The position numbers and the translations under genes are program-made. Below are positions 47,571-57,696 of a stretch of DNA of 64,000 nucleotides, piece by piece; positions within the stretch are counted from its first letter, which is position 1; each line of letters starts with the position of its first letter. The notes beneath the pieces are model-generated. The model did not search any database. It saw only the letters and a program-made list of their open reading frames with translations, and was not told the DNA's origin. Source of the stretch: Polyangiaceae bacterium (GTDB taxonomy: Bacteria; Myxococcota_A; Polyangia; Polyangiales; Polyangiaceae); contig JBILLK010000020.1 of the NCBI GenBank assembly GCA_044376115.1, positions 96,001 through 160,000 of the forward strand, given 5' to 3'.

Positions 47571-50377
47571 CAGGCTCTTCGCCCCAAGGCACTTGCGTCA
47601 CTGCGCGATGGCCGATCACGCACCTCCGCCTCATCCGGCGCGCTCGAGGGAAGGCCCAACGCCGCCTCGAAGCTGCGCTTGTCGATCACGCGCGCATAAG
47701 CCTCCTCGAGCACAATGGCTTTCTCGCGAGCCAGCCGCGTGAGTTCCGCGTCCATCAGCTGCATGCCCTGATCGCGGGAGGTGGCGATGATGGTTGGAAT
47801 TTGGAAGCTCTTCCCTTTGCGAATCAGCGATTGGATCGCGTCATTGCCGATCATCACCTCCACCACCGGCAGACGCGAGCCCTGCGGTGTGGGCAACAGA
47901 TGTTGGCAAGTCACAGCCCGCAACGACTCCGCCAACATGTTGCGCACCTGGGCTTGCGACTTCGTCGGGAAGGCGTGAATCAAACGGTCGACGGTGGCAT
48001 CGGCGGAGGTCGTGTGCACCGTTCCGAAGACGAGGTGCCCCGTTTCCGCTGCCGTGACGGCGAAGGAAATGGTGTCGAGATCGCGGAGTTCACCGACCAG
48101 AATTACGTCTGGGTCCTGGCGCAACGCGGACTTCAAGGCGCCGCGGAACGTCTGCGTGTGCGCACCGACCTCGCGTTGCGTGAGCATGCTCATCCGATGC
48201 TTGTGCACCACCTCGATCGGGTCCTCGATGGTCACGATATGGCGCGCCTGACTTCGGTTGATATGGTCGACGAGCGCCGCGAGCGTCGTGGACTTGCCGG
48301 CGCCGGTCGGGCCTCCGACGAGCACAAGGCCATGAGGGAACTCGGCAAACGTGCGGATCACCTCGGGGACCTGAAGCTCAGCCAAGGTGCGGATGTCATT
48401 TTTGACGATCCGGAACACCGCGCCCAAGCCGCTCAGTTGACGGAACACATTCACGCGAAAGCGCAGGCCTCGGGAGGCCAAATCATAGGAAAGGTCGACC
48501 TCCTGCCCAGCGTCGAAGTCCTTGCGATGGGAGCGCGAAAAGTGGGGCACCACCAACTCACGGATCTGCTCTTCGGAGAGCGTCGAGCTGCCGAGCGCGG
48601 AGATCCGACCTTTGCACTTGATGAACGGCACTTGCCCCGCGAGCAGGAACACGTCGTCGGCTTCCTCGCGGACTGCGTGCGCCAACAGGCCGTCGAGCGA
48701 GCGCACCGAAGCGACCTCATTGACCTGCTTCTGCATACGAAACCGACCGAGGAGCCGGCCCGCCGCCTCACGTACGGTTGCGGACGGGTCCTCTTCACAG
48801 CCCTTGGCCCACAACGCGAACGAGCCATCATCGAGCTCTTCGAGCATGTTGATGGCGGCCACACGAATGTCCGGATCGACGTCCTGCGTCAGCTCGGCCA
48901 CTTCGGGCAGCGCCTCGGTTGCACGCAAGGCCCGCAACGCCGCAATGCACGCGACGCGAATCTCGGGACGCCGCGCCAAGAGATCGACGAGATAGGCGGT
49001 GGCGCGCTCGTCGCCCAAGCGACCGATGGCCTCTACGGCGAGTTCGGCCACGAACCAATCCTCATCGCTTTGCGCGACTCGTACCAACGCCCCGAGCGCC
49101 CGCCGATCCTCGATTCGAAGCAACGCAGAGACCGCGAAACGCCGCACCACGCCGGACGGATCCGAGAGGTAGTCCTTGATGATGTACTTGGTGATCGCTT
49201 GGGTATCGAGCTCCACCAAGGCATCGAGCACGCGCTCGCGTACCCACCAGTCTTCATCTCGCAGGTACTTCAGCAGCTTGGGCGCGAGCGTACCTTCACG
49301 GTCTTCGACCTTGTTGGCGATCTCAGCGGCCAGCCGTCGCACGTTGACCTGACTCGAGCGCAATAGCCAAACGATGGCGCGCGCTGCATCGATGCTTCCG
49401 CTCTTCGACAGCTGCACGACGGCATGTCCTGCGCGCGTTCGAATCGACACGTCGCGATGCGAGAGCGCTTCGATCAAGGTCGGGTAAAGCGCCTCGGAGC
49501 CGGCCGTCTCGATGGCCTCGATGATCACCAGACGAATGGACTTTGGGCCTTGACGAAAACGGTCACGAAAGAGGGCTGACGCTGCATCCCCAGGCTGTTT
49601 TGCGCCGTACGTGAGAAACGCGCGAATGACCTCGAGGCCTCGCCCCTCGAGCGCTGGCTCGACGCGATTCCAGAAGTCCGGGTCCTCCAGCTGCCCGAGC
49701 GCCGTCACCGCCTGAGCAACCACCAAATCATCTCGGTCCGCCAGGGCCAGCTGAATCGCGCTGAGTGCGTCCTCGAGCTGACGCGCAAAGCGTGTGCGGT
49801 CGCCCAAGATGCGCAGCACGATGATCTTTTCCTGGGCCTTTCCGACCTGCAGCACCGCGCGCAAAAGCGGCAACGAATGTTGCGCTGCGCGACCAATGAA
49901 GGCGGCAACCGCTTCGGAGCGGCCGAGGAAGGCTGGATCCAGCGACTTGCGCGTGGCTAGCTCGAGGGCCGTCGGACCACCGACTTGCTTCAGGGTCTCG
50001 ACGGCGGCGGAGCGCACCGTAGCGTCGGAGTGACCAAGGAGCTCCACCAGCTCGTTGTGGGCGGCGATGTTGTTGACCTGCGGCAAGAGCGCGATCAGCG
50101 TGGTTCGCAGCGGGCCATCGGCCGTCTTCAGCGCGCGCACGAACGGAACGAAAAGATCGGGCGAAGGGGCACGCGCCGTAGCCTCCGCCAGGAGCTCGCA
50201 GCGCATCGCGTGATCGATCGCGCTCGAGCGTGCTTGCAGCTCGACCACGGCATTCAAGATCTTGGTCACATCGCTGGTTTGGAGGGCCCCGAGCTTGCCG
50301 AGAAACGCCTTAACGTCTGCAGTGGAGCCGAGTGCTTGGCTCTTCAGTTGCCGCGTTAAGTCGTTCCACTGAAACAC
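47570..50377 (-). CDS. HEAT-repeat protein fused to a C-terminal PilT/PilU-family ATPase
   Basis: About 550 aa of HEAT-like units (LRDEDWWVRERVLDAL, LSDPSGVVRRFAVSAL, QDVDPDIRVAA), then GPTGAGKST, TIEDPIE, LRQDPDVILVGE, TVHTTSA, AIQSLIRKGK. Confidence 0.9.
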   Translation of the reverse strand: MFQWNDLTRQLKSQALGSTADVKAFLGKLGALQTSDVTKILNAVVELQARSSAIDHAMRCELLAEATARAPSPDLFVPFVRALKTADGPLRTTLIALLPQVNNIAAHNELVELLGHSDATVRSAAVETLKQVGGPTALELATRKSLDPAFLGRSEAVAAFIGRAAQHSLPLLRAVLQVGKAQEKIIVLRILGDRTRFARQLEDALSAIQLALADRDDLVVAQAVTALGQLEDPDFWNRVEPALEGRGLEVIRAFLTYGAKQPGDAASALFRDRFRQGPKSIRLVIIEAIETAGSEALYPTLIEALSHRDVSIRTRAGHAVVQLSKSGSIDAARAIVWLLRSSQVNVRRLAAEIANKVEDREGTLAPKLLKYLRDEDWWVRERVLDALVELDTQAITKYIIKDYLSDPSGVVRRFAVSALLRIEDRRALGALVRVAQSDEDWFVAELAVEAIGRLGDERATAYLVDLLARRPEIRVACIAALRALRATEALPEVAELTQDVDPDIRVAAINMLEELDDGSFALWAKGCEEDPSATVREAAGRLLGRFRMQKQVNEVASVRSLDGLLAHAVREEADDVFLLAGQVPFIKCKGRISALGSSTLSEEQIRELVVPHFSRSHRKDFDAGQEVDLSYDLASRGLRFRVNVFRQLSGLGAVFRIVKNDIRTLAELQVPEVIRTFAEFPHGLVLVGGPTGAGKSTTLAALVDHINRSQARHIVTIEDPIEVVHKHRMSMLTQREVGAHTQTFRGALKSALRQDPDVILVGELRDLDTISFAVTAAETGHLVFGTVHTTSADATVDRLIHAFPTKSQAQVRNMLAESLRAVTCQHLLPTPQGSRLPVVEVMIGNDAIQSLIRKGKSFQIPTIIATSRDQGMQLMDAELTRLAREKAIVLEEAYARVIDKRSFEAALGLPSSAPDEAEVRDRPSRSDASALGRRA

Positions 50378-50438
50378 GCCTCAGTCATACAAGATTCGGG
50401 CTTTGGGTTGTTGCAGCAACCGCTCCAGGCGGCACGCC

Positions 50439-52160
50439 TCACTCGCCCACGTGCAGAGAGCTGGAGACTTTCCCGGTACGGGTATTTTCCACCGTCAGCG
50501 TGAACTTACCGCTCCCTCGTACGACCCAGGAAAGCTTCCGTCGTGCGGACTCTCCGATCGAACGCAGCAAGACGGGGGTCGTCGAGCGGTCATTGCCGCC
50601 CCAACCGGGCAAGTGACCAAGCTCCCGGACCGACTCGTGGCCGTCGAGGAGCAAGCCGTCCGCCACGTGGACGCTTGCGCGCACTGGATCGGCATAGGAG
50701 CGCTGCTTCGCCGAGCCGAGAAAGTAGGAAGGCAAATAGCCCTGATTCTCGATCACGGCACTGACGAGGCTCGTACCGGTCGCGATCGCACGAACCTCGA
50801 GGGAGCTGATCACGATGCGCGGAGCCAACGCTGCAAGCCGCAAAAAGAAGCTGGATTGGGCTTTACACAGCTCGTTGAGCCGATGCAGCGGCGGGTTCCA
50901 CACTCCGACCAGAGGGTCATAGCCCCCGAGCTCGACCGCCCCGAGTTGCGGATGCTCGAACGGGCGCCACGCACCGATGATGCGACCTTCATTGTGATCG
51001 CGATCCCAGGCGGCGATCTGCGCGATGGCCGCTGGTCCGCAGTAATCCTCGTAGTTCTTGATGAACGGCCGCTTGACCTCAAAACCGACCTGCTTCCAAA
51101 AATCCCAAAGTTCACACACGAGACCAATCGCCCCGCGATCGACGTACGCATAGTTGGCCAAGTCGCCATGCAGCGGCTTGTCGGGCTCGTAGGTGAACTC
51201 GGTAAATCCACTGACGGTGGGGTAGCCAGCAAACTCTTTGGCCCAGGTTTCAAGCTGACGGAACACCGCTGCATCGTGCGGATCCAACTTGCTATCGGGC
51301 TTGTCATTGAGCGGACGTATATAGACGCCACCAAAGGTGTGCAGGCTCAGCCAGGCAAAGATGTTGGGATTCTGCGCAGCAAACGCGACGACTCCACGGG
51401 ACTCGGGTTCACTCATCGGGAACGGACCTGCCCCCGCTTGTTCGGGCTCGGCGCGCCAATCCGTCGGGAAGTTGCGGTTGAGATCGGTCTGCGTGTCGCT
51501 CAAGTAGTGAGCGCGCGGAACGGAGAAACCATCCCATCGTTCGATCGTGCCCTCGGGGTAAACGCGATAGAACGGCCCTTCGTCCTCGACGGAGCGCGGC
51601 AGCATCAAGTTGGGCACCTCCTTCGACTGAACGAAGTCGCCCGTCGCGTCCTTTACGCGCATTATCAGCGAGAGACCGTCGCCGTCGACGTCCTCATGCC
51701 GCCAATACGGCCCGTGATTGCCTAGCCGATGGTCACGGTGGTTGGAGCGAACGAAGTGCCGCTGCGCGAGCACACGCTCAGCGCCGTCTGGGCTCAGCCG
51801 CGGCGCGATATGGAAGAGCACACCAGCCTTCATCCAACTCGCGACGTGCGCAGGCAAATCACCAAGCGGCTCTCCGGCAAAGCCGCGCAGGAGGTCTTCG
51901 GCGATGGCGAGGCAGACGCTCGACCCACAGAGTTCGCTCGCGTGAATGTTGCCGTCCAGCCAAGCAGCGGGCCGCCTGCGCTCGGGCTCACGGCCGATCG
52001 TCAGTAACCACACGTCGCGCGCTCCCTCCGAGACGGCGAGCGATTGCAACCGCGCAAACTCGGGGAAAGCCTTGGCCCAGCGCTGGAGCTGCTCCGTGAG
52101 CTCGGCGTGGTTGAGAAACTGCTCGCGAAAGCCCAAGCTCAAGGAGTCGATCGAGGTCAC
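50439..52160 (-). CDS. M14 zinc carboxypeptidase family protein
   Basis: DGNIHASE (HxxE), SPDGAE, DLNRNFP, SEPES, LSLHTFGG. Confidence 0.88.
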   Translation of the reverse strand: MTSIDSLSLGFREQFLNHAELTEQLQRWAKAFPEFARLQSLAVSEGARDVWLLTIGREPERRRPAAWLDGNIHASELCGSSVCLAIAEDLLRGFAGEPLGDLPAHVASWMKAGVLFHIAPRLSPDGAERVLAQRHFVRSNHRDHRLGNHGPYWRHEDVDGDGLSLIMRVKDATGDFVQSKEVPNLMLPRSVEDEGPFYRVYPEGTIERWDGFSVPRAHYLSDTQTDLNRNFPTDWRAEPEQAGAGPFPMSEPESRGVVAFAAQNPNIFAWLSLHTFGGVYIRPLNDKPDSKLDPHDAAVFRQLETWAKEFAGYPTVSGFTEFTYEPDKPLHGDLANYAYVDRGAIGLVCELWDFWKQVGFEVKRPFIKNYEDYCGPAAIAQIAAWDRDHNEGRIIGAWRPFEHPQLGAVELGGYDPLVGVWNPPLHRLNELCKAQSSFFLRLAALAPRIVISSLEVRAIATGTSLVSAVIENQGYLPSYFLGSAKQRSYADPVRASVHVADGLLLDGHESVRELGHLPGWGGNDRSTTPVLLRSIGESARRKLSWVVRGSGKFTLTVENTRTGKVSSSLHVGE

Positions 52161-52666
52161 GTTGGCGCGGAGTGTACTCGCTTTGCAAGACGCCCGGACC
52201 GCCGTTCAATCGCTGCGGCGCGCATGCGCTCCTCCTCGGGCGTTTCAACCACCAGCTCGGGGACACTCACCGGGCGCCCCTCGCGAAAGGCTACGAAGGT
52301 GAGAAAGCCAGACACGCAGGGCCAGGTCTCACCGGTCACCGCGTCCTCACCGCGTACGTCGACGAACACTTCGCACGAGGTGCGAAATGAAGCCGTCACG
52401 CGAGCCTCGAGCCGAACCACCTGGCCCACGCGAATGGGTTGCTCAAACGAGAGGTCATCGATGCCAGCGGTGACACCCACCGATCCCATGAAGCGTTGCG
52501 AGCAGATGGCGGCGCACAGGTCCATCCAGGCAAGGACTTGTCCACCGAACACATTTCCAAGCGCGTTCGCGTGGGTTGGAAGCACGTACTCGGTCATCTG
52601 GGTGAAGGATCCGCGCGCGTGCTTCCGGGGCCTTTCAGCGGGAATTTCTGACATGTTGCTGCCCAT
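52157..52666 (-). CDS. Acyl-CoA thioesterase (hotdog fold, YciA-like)
   Basis: VLPTHANALGNVFGGQVLAWMD, FRTSCEV, LTFVA. Confidence 0.88.
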   Translation of the reverse strand: MGSNMSEIPAERPRKHARGSFTQMTEYVLPTHANALGNVFGGQVLAWMDLCAAICSQRFMGSVGVTAGIDDLSFEQPIRVGQVVRLEARVTASFRTSCEVFVDVRGEDAVTGETWPCVSGFLTFVAFREGRPVSVPELVVETPEEERMRAAAIERRSGRLAKRVHSAPT

Positions 52667-52714
52667 GGCCCGCCTGCCATCAGGCCGCAACCTTCTGCTC
52701 GACGCGACCGAAGA

Positions 52715-54025
52715 ATGCTGGGCTTTGACTTGGAGACCGTCCTTCGGTCTGATGCTTTTGTGCGCTCAGCCTTGGCTCTGGCCCTTGTCGTGGTGTCGCT
52801 CCACGGTTGCGAAGCTTCACTCGAGGTGGAGCCCGTCGTGGTGCAGACCCGCACGACCCTGCAGCCCAAACCCGCGGTAGATCCAGCACCTCGCGCCAAG
52901 GGGAAGGCCAGCGGAGATGTCAGCGTCAAAGTGCTGCATCACGACGCCTGGACGGGCAGCGTTACCCTGCTCGGCATCGATCGCGAGGAGCGCCAAGCGG
53001 TCGTTCGCCTCGAAGCGCACGACCCACCGACGTTGTCCTTCGAGACGATCGACCTCACAGGCAAAGGGCGCGTGCGTTCTTGGTCGACCACCGGCGAACG
53101 CGCGCGCGAGGCCATCGGGCATCCCTTTTTCTCCCAGCTTGGCGATGATTTCGCCGCGGACGCTGGCCGCTTCGCGACCTTGCTACACAAGCTCGGGCCT
53201 TGGCACGCCCGCGGCGCATTGGCGTCCCCCACCTTCGCGGTAGGTCCGCGGCCAGAACGATTTCTGTTTGGAGCCGCCGCGACCGACGGCTCAAAGGGTG
53301 ATTGGCTTTTCGGCGCTGCGTTTCCTGGCGCGAGTCGGCGTCTGGATGCAGGTCTGAAGGCAAGCTATCGGCCCGTGTTCGATCCCACCGGAGAAACCGT
53401 AGCCTTCGTCGGATGTCAAACCTCCCCTTGCGACTACGGTCTGTTCCTGACCAACTTTAGAGAGGGCAAGCCGCGCCGAGTCGCTGGGATCCAAGGGGCC
53501 TCTAACCCGCAATGGCACAACGGCTCGGTGTTGACGCTGGGGACCAAAGGCAAGGCGCGCTGTCTCTTCCGTGCCCCCCAAGGAGCCGGGATGGCGACGG
53601 CGCTCGAGTGCCTCGAGGGAGTGGAAGAGGCCGCCTTCACGCAAGATGCAGAAGGAAGAACGGCCGTTCTATCGGGCACTCGCGGGCGCGCCGGTGAGCA
53701 GCGGGTCGACGTGGTTTGGGTGTTGCTCGAAGACGGGTCGGTGCTTGGCGAGCACACGGTGGAGAAAGCCGTGGGGTCGAGCGTACTCTCGGATTCTGGC
53801 TTACTTGCCCTGCCCATGCAGCGAGGCTCGCTGGCGGTGGTGGATTTGGTGACGGGCGTGTCGGCGCAACTGGGCGAACACGACGGCTGGTTCTTCGGCT
53901 TCGACGGCGCTCGCTGGGTTGGAGATTCCTTGGTACTGCTGCGCAAACTGGGCGATCAGCCGGGCTTTGATGTGGTGAGCGTGGACGCGCGCTCGTTGGC
54001 CCAACGCAACAAGCCCTGGCTTTGA
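52715..54025 (+). CDS. Hypothetical lipoprotein, possible TolB-like beta-propeller
   Basis: Lipobox-like LHGC; RPVFDPTGETVAF and NPQW blade-like motifs. Start uncertain. Confidence 0.55.
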   Translation: MLGFDLETVLRSDAFVRSALALALVVVSLHGCEASLEVEPVVVQTRTTLQPKPAVDPAPRAKGKASGDVSVKVLHHDAWTGSVTLLGIDREERQAVVRLEAHDPPTLSFETIDLTGKGRVRSWSTTGERAREAIGHPFFSQLGDDFAADAGRFATLLHKLGPWHARGALASPTFAVGPRPERFLFGAAATDGSKGDWLFGAAFPGASRRLDAGLKASYRPVFDPTGETVAFVGCQTSPCDYGLFLTNFREGKPRRVAGIQGASNPQWHNGSVLTLGTKGKARCLFRAPQGAGMATALECLEGVEEAAFTQDAEGRTAVLSGTRGRAGEQRVDVVWVLLEDGSVLGEHTVEKAVGSSVLSDSGLLALPMQRGSLAVVDLVTGVSAQLGEHDGWFFGFDGARWVGDSLVLLRKLGDQPGFDVVSVDARSLAQRNKPWL

Positions 54026-54188
54026 AAGCGGCGGTTGAACACCGCTTCTTCGTGCCCATGAGCTCGCCGCCCGAATGAAGTTCTCATGGCGGGCGCAAGT
54101 CCGCCATGGCAAGGGGGGTTCGGTTTGGGGGAGCTGTGCCGCTGGGGCGCGCTCGATCTTGAACAACTTCACAACCGCAGGAGTTCTG

Positions 54189-55364
54189 ATGATTCGGTCC
54201 GTTGCGCTCTCCAGTCTTTTGCTTACCGGATGCTTCTTCGCGCCCGACGCCCCTCAACCGAGCGGGGCCAAGGCCGCGACCCCCGCCGGCGTGCCAACGA
54301 GTAGCAAGCCTGCCGAGCCTGAGGAGCCGCCCTTCCCCAAGCCGGCCCAGGTGGATGAACACCGCCTTTCAGTTGGGCTCGAGCGGGTTTGCCTCGTCAA
54401 AGGCGATCGTGGCTACTGCGTTGGTACCAACAACAACCTCGAGCTCGGGGACGGAACCACCGAGTCGCGAGGCGCAGGCACCGAGCCGGGCCAAGGCAAA
54501 CTCAAGGACGTCTGGCAGATCGCAGCGACCGAGAACGGCCACTCGTGTGCGCTCGCCGGCGGTAAAGCCTGGTGTTACGGCAAGTACGGTGTGTCCGAGA
54601 CGCCGGCCATCCGGCCGGAGGTGAAGAAGGCAACGTGGATGAGCGGCGGCTACGCGAGCTACTGCTTCGTCCACGACGGCGGCAAAGTCCAATGCCTCGG
54701 CCCCGGGCTCTACAAGGACAAGACCTTCGCGGTCACCGGCATCACCGATGCCGCCCGCATCAGCTGCGACGCCGGAGTGAGCGGAGAACAGTGCTGCGCA
54801 GTGCTCACCTCGGGAAAGGTCGCGTGTTTCGGCGGCGACAACCAGAGCGGCTCGCTGGGTCGTGGGTTCGCCGGGCCGCCGCCATCCGGTCCCACGCTGA
54901 AGGAAGCGGGAGAGGTCGTCGGACTCACTGACGTCGTCGATGTGGCCGGCGGGGATGACGCTTGGTGCGCGGTCACCAAGAACAACGAGCTGTGGTGTTG
55001 GGGCAACAACAACTTCGACCGATTTGGCGTGAGCGACGACAAATCGAAGCAGTTCTTGCAACCCACCAAGATCGCGATCCCTGAGGTGACCGACGTCGCG
55101 GTGGGATCGACGTCGATTTGCGCCATTCAAAAGAAGGGCACCATCAGCTGCTTCGGCTTCGGCTCAAGCAGCTATTTCCCGGCCGGCAAAGGGTATCCCA
55201 AGGCCGGGAAGCTGTGGCCGGGAGCCAAGCTCGACACCCCCACCGAGATTGCAACGAGCGGTCGCCTGCTGTGCGTGCTGGCCGCTGGGGACAAGGTCAC
55301 CTGCTACGGGGACGGCGCGAAGCTGGGAGTCGCCGACGGCGCACCCAAAGAATTCGCATTTTGA
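54189..55364 (+). CDS. RCC1-like repeat lipoprotein
   Basis: AGGAG RBS, lipobox LTGC, repeated C..GK(V/A).C(F/W/Y)G units. Confidence 0.75.
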   Translation: MIRSVALSSLLLTGCFFAPDAPQPSGAKAATPAGVPTSSKPAEPEEPPFPKPAQVDEHRLSVGLERVCLVKGDRGYCVGTNNNLELGDGTTESRGAGTEPGQGKLKDVWQIAATENGHSCALAGGKAWCYGKYGVSETPAIRPEVKKATWMSGGYASYCFVHDGGKVQCLGPGLYKDKTFAVTGITDAARISCDAGVSGEQCCAVLTSGKVACFGGDNQSGSLGRGFAGPPPSGPTLKEAGEVVGLTDVVDVAGGDDAWCAVTKNNELWCWGNNNFDRFGVSDDKSKQFLQPTKIAIPEVTDVAVGSTSICAIQKKGTISCFGFGSSSYFPAGKGYPKAGKLWPGAKLDTPTEIATSGRLLCVLAAGDKVTCYGDGAKLGVADGAPKEFAF

Positions 55365-55434
55365 CGTGCGACCTTGAACTAGCGACGTCTTGAGCGAGAG
55401 GAGCGCGGCCAGTCGAAGTGGCCGCCCTCCCAGC

Positions 55435-56382
55435 TCACTTCTTGGCGGCTCCGACCAGCTTCTTTTCGAGCTCGATCCAAGGCGTAAGGTCGTCGTCGTA
55501 ACGGAAGTAGGCCGGGTCAAATTCACGCCCGTTGATCAGCACAAACGGCGTGTGCGTCAGGCCCGCTGCATCGCCCAGCGCGAGGTCGTCTTCAATCGCC
55601 TGCTCGGCCTCTGGGGAGTCCTTGTCGGTTCGATAGCGAGCAATATCAAGCCCAGCCTGCGCAGCGTAGCGCTCCAGGTCTTGATCCGAGAGAGCGCCCT
55701 GGTTTTCGAAGATCAGCTTCTCCATCTCCCAGTAGCGGCCTTGCTTATGGGCGGCGAAGGCAGCGCGAGCCGCGTAGCGAGCTCGCAGATGTTTGCTGAG
55801 GGGGAAGTACTTGTGCACCAAGCGCACGTCCTGAGGAAACTTGTGCTGCAACTCTTCGAGCAGGGGCGTCACGGCCTTGCACGCTGGGCATTCAAAATCG
55901 CTGAACACGACGATCGTGATCGGCGCGGTCTGCGGCCCCAACGCGGGGGAGGTACCGGCGGGCACTTCAACCACGCTCGAAGGATCAAAGCGTTGCTTCA
56001 GCGCCGCTCGCGCGTTGGCCCGGGCCGAGCCCGAATCCACCTTTTCGACCAAGAACTCGAGCGCCGGCTTGCAGGTCGCACAACCACGTTGCTCCTCGAT
56101 GCATTGCACGAGCGAAACCGCCTCGTTGGTGCACGGCGCGTAGGACTGCTGGGCGATGTCCCAAACCGCTTGGCGCTCGCTCTCGTCGAGCTTCTCTTGA
56201 TCGATGCCCGGCAAGGCCCGCGGAGGACCAGCGCTGGGGATGTCGTCTTTCGCGGGCTTGGCGGACGAGGAGGCCTGCTCGACGACCTCGGCACGCGACG
56301 AAAGGCCCAGCCCGCAGCCCAAAAGAGCGAGTGAAATGGTTGCGGCAAGGAGCGAGAGGGAAGGTTGGAGACGCAAAGCCAT
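55435..56382 (-). CDS. DsbA-like thioredoxin-fold lipoprotein
   Basis: Lipobox LLGC; VFSDFECPAC, FPLSKH, TP..LING; extra Cys-containing N-terminal domain. Confidence 0.85.
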   Translation of the reverse strand: MALRLQPSLSLLAATISLALLGCGLGLSSRAEVVEQASSSAKPAKDDIPSAGPPRALPGIDQEKLDESERQAVWDIAQQSYAPCTNEAVSLVQCIEEQRGCATCKPALEFLVEKVDSGSARANARAALKQRFDPSSVVEVPAGTSPALGPQTAPITIVVFSDFECPACKAVTPLLEELQHKFPQDVRLVHKYFPLSKHLRARYAARAAFAAHKQGRYWEMEKLIFENQGALSDQDLERYAAQAGLDIARYRTDKDSPEAEQAIEDDLALGDAAGLTHTPFVLINGREFDPAYFRYDDDLTPWIELEKKLVGAAKK

Positions 56383-56466
56383 AGGGGGTCCTGAGCTCAA
56401 CCGCGGCCGAGCTTTTCGAGAAGGTGGCCTGCCTTTGGCTCCGTGGCAAGATGGCAGCCACAGTCG

Positions 56467-57696
56467 GTGGAAAACGTTGCTCATGCCCTCGCTGGAATTC
56501 TGCTCGCTGAGCTTGCGCTGACGCGCGCCAACAAGAACGAGGCTCCCGAAGATGCGGGCCAGCTGAGGTCGGCCAGGGTCGCCGTCGTGGTCTCGGCGCT
56601 GGCCAACAACGTCCCGGACACCGACCTTCTCTATTCGTGGATAACGCCAGGCCAGCTCGGCTACTTGCTGCATCACCGCGGACATACCCACACCTTGCCG
56701 ATCGCGATGATGCTCGGCTTGCTGGTGGCGGCGATCGCGCTTCGGGTTGCGAAGCCAAGCTCGCATCGCCGGCTCATTCTGCTCCTTGGCCTATTCGGGC
56801 CGGTGCTGCATCTGATCATGGACGCCTGGAACATCTACGGTGTTCACCCGTTCTGGCCGTTCGATAGTCGCTGGTACTACGGGGACAGGATCTTCATCTT
56901 GGAGCCGCTGCTCTGGGTCACGGCGATCCCGAGCGTGTTTCGCAATGCTCGCTCACGGATGTTTCGCATCACGCTGGGTGTGCTCGCGGCCTTCATCGTA
57001 GTGGTCCCTTGGTTCGCGCGGTCCTTCATTCCCTGGCCGCTCAGTGCGTTCATCGCCGTCGTGTTTGCGCTTTCGGTGCTCGTTGCCAGTCGCACCAGCG
57101 CGCGGAGTCGCATCGTCTTCGCGTGCGCCGCGTGGCTAAGCGTCTTGGCGGGCTTCTCCATCGCTCGGTTGCGCGCAGAACAGCTGGTCATGGTCGACCT
57201 CTACGCTGAGAACCCTGAGGCCGTCGTGCTCGACGTCGCGCTCACGCCGCTCCCGTCGAATCCCTTCTGCTGGAACGTCTACCTAACCATGCTGCCCGAG
57301 CCACGCGGCGACGCGTTCGTCGTTCGGCGCGGTAGTGCTGCCCCGTTCGTGCGTGGACTGTGTCCGCGCATTCCCGGCAGCACGACCGCGCAGCTAGCGG
57401 AAGTCGCTGCATCCCCTGAGCACATCGTGTGGGCGGGAGAGGCCAAGCTGTCGCAGGCTCAGCTGCGCTCGTTGGCGCAGCGCTGCGACGTCGGCGCTGC
57501 CATGCAATTTTACCGCACGCCCTTCTGGGTCCAGCGCGAAGACTCGTTGGTGCTGGGAGATCTGCGCTTCGACCGCACCGAAGGCGTCGACTTCCCGGAG
57601 CTTACGCTGGAACCAAACGCACCAGCGCAATGCCCCAAGTTCGTAACGAACTGGCAGCCTCCCCGGCAGCGCCTGCTCGAGGACGGTCACGAGTGA
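56467..57696 (+). CDS. Membrane metal-dependent hydrolase (YdjM family)
   Basis: ENVAHALAG, NVPDTD, HHRGHTH, HLIMD..NIYGVHPFWP, DLRF. Confidence 0.85.
   Translation: MENVAHALAGILLAELALTRANKNEAPEDAGQLRSARVAVVVSALANNVPDTDLLYSWITPGQLGYLLHHRGHTHTLPIAMMLGLLVAAIALRVAKPSSHRRLILLLGLFGPVLHLIMDAWNIYGVHPFWPFDSRWYYGDRIFILEPLLWVTAIPSVFRNARSRMFRITLGVLAAFIVVVPWFARSFIPWPLSAFIAVVFALSVLVASRTSARSRIVFACAAWLSVLAGFSIARLRAEQLVMVDLYAENPEAVVLDVALTPLPSNPFCWNVYLTMLPEPRGDAFVVRRGSAAPFVRGLCPRIPGSTTAQLAEVAASPEHIVWAGEAKLSQAQLRSLAQRCDVGAAMQFYRTPFWVQREDSLVLGDLRFDRTEGVDFPELTLEPNAPAQCPKFVTNWQPPRQRLLEDGHE

Noticed and set aside
47801..51725. Long plus-strand ORFs 47801-49366 and 50403-51725
   Set aside because: Antisense shadows of the HEAT-PilT and M14 peptidase genes, with no motifs; such ORFs are common in high-GC DNA.
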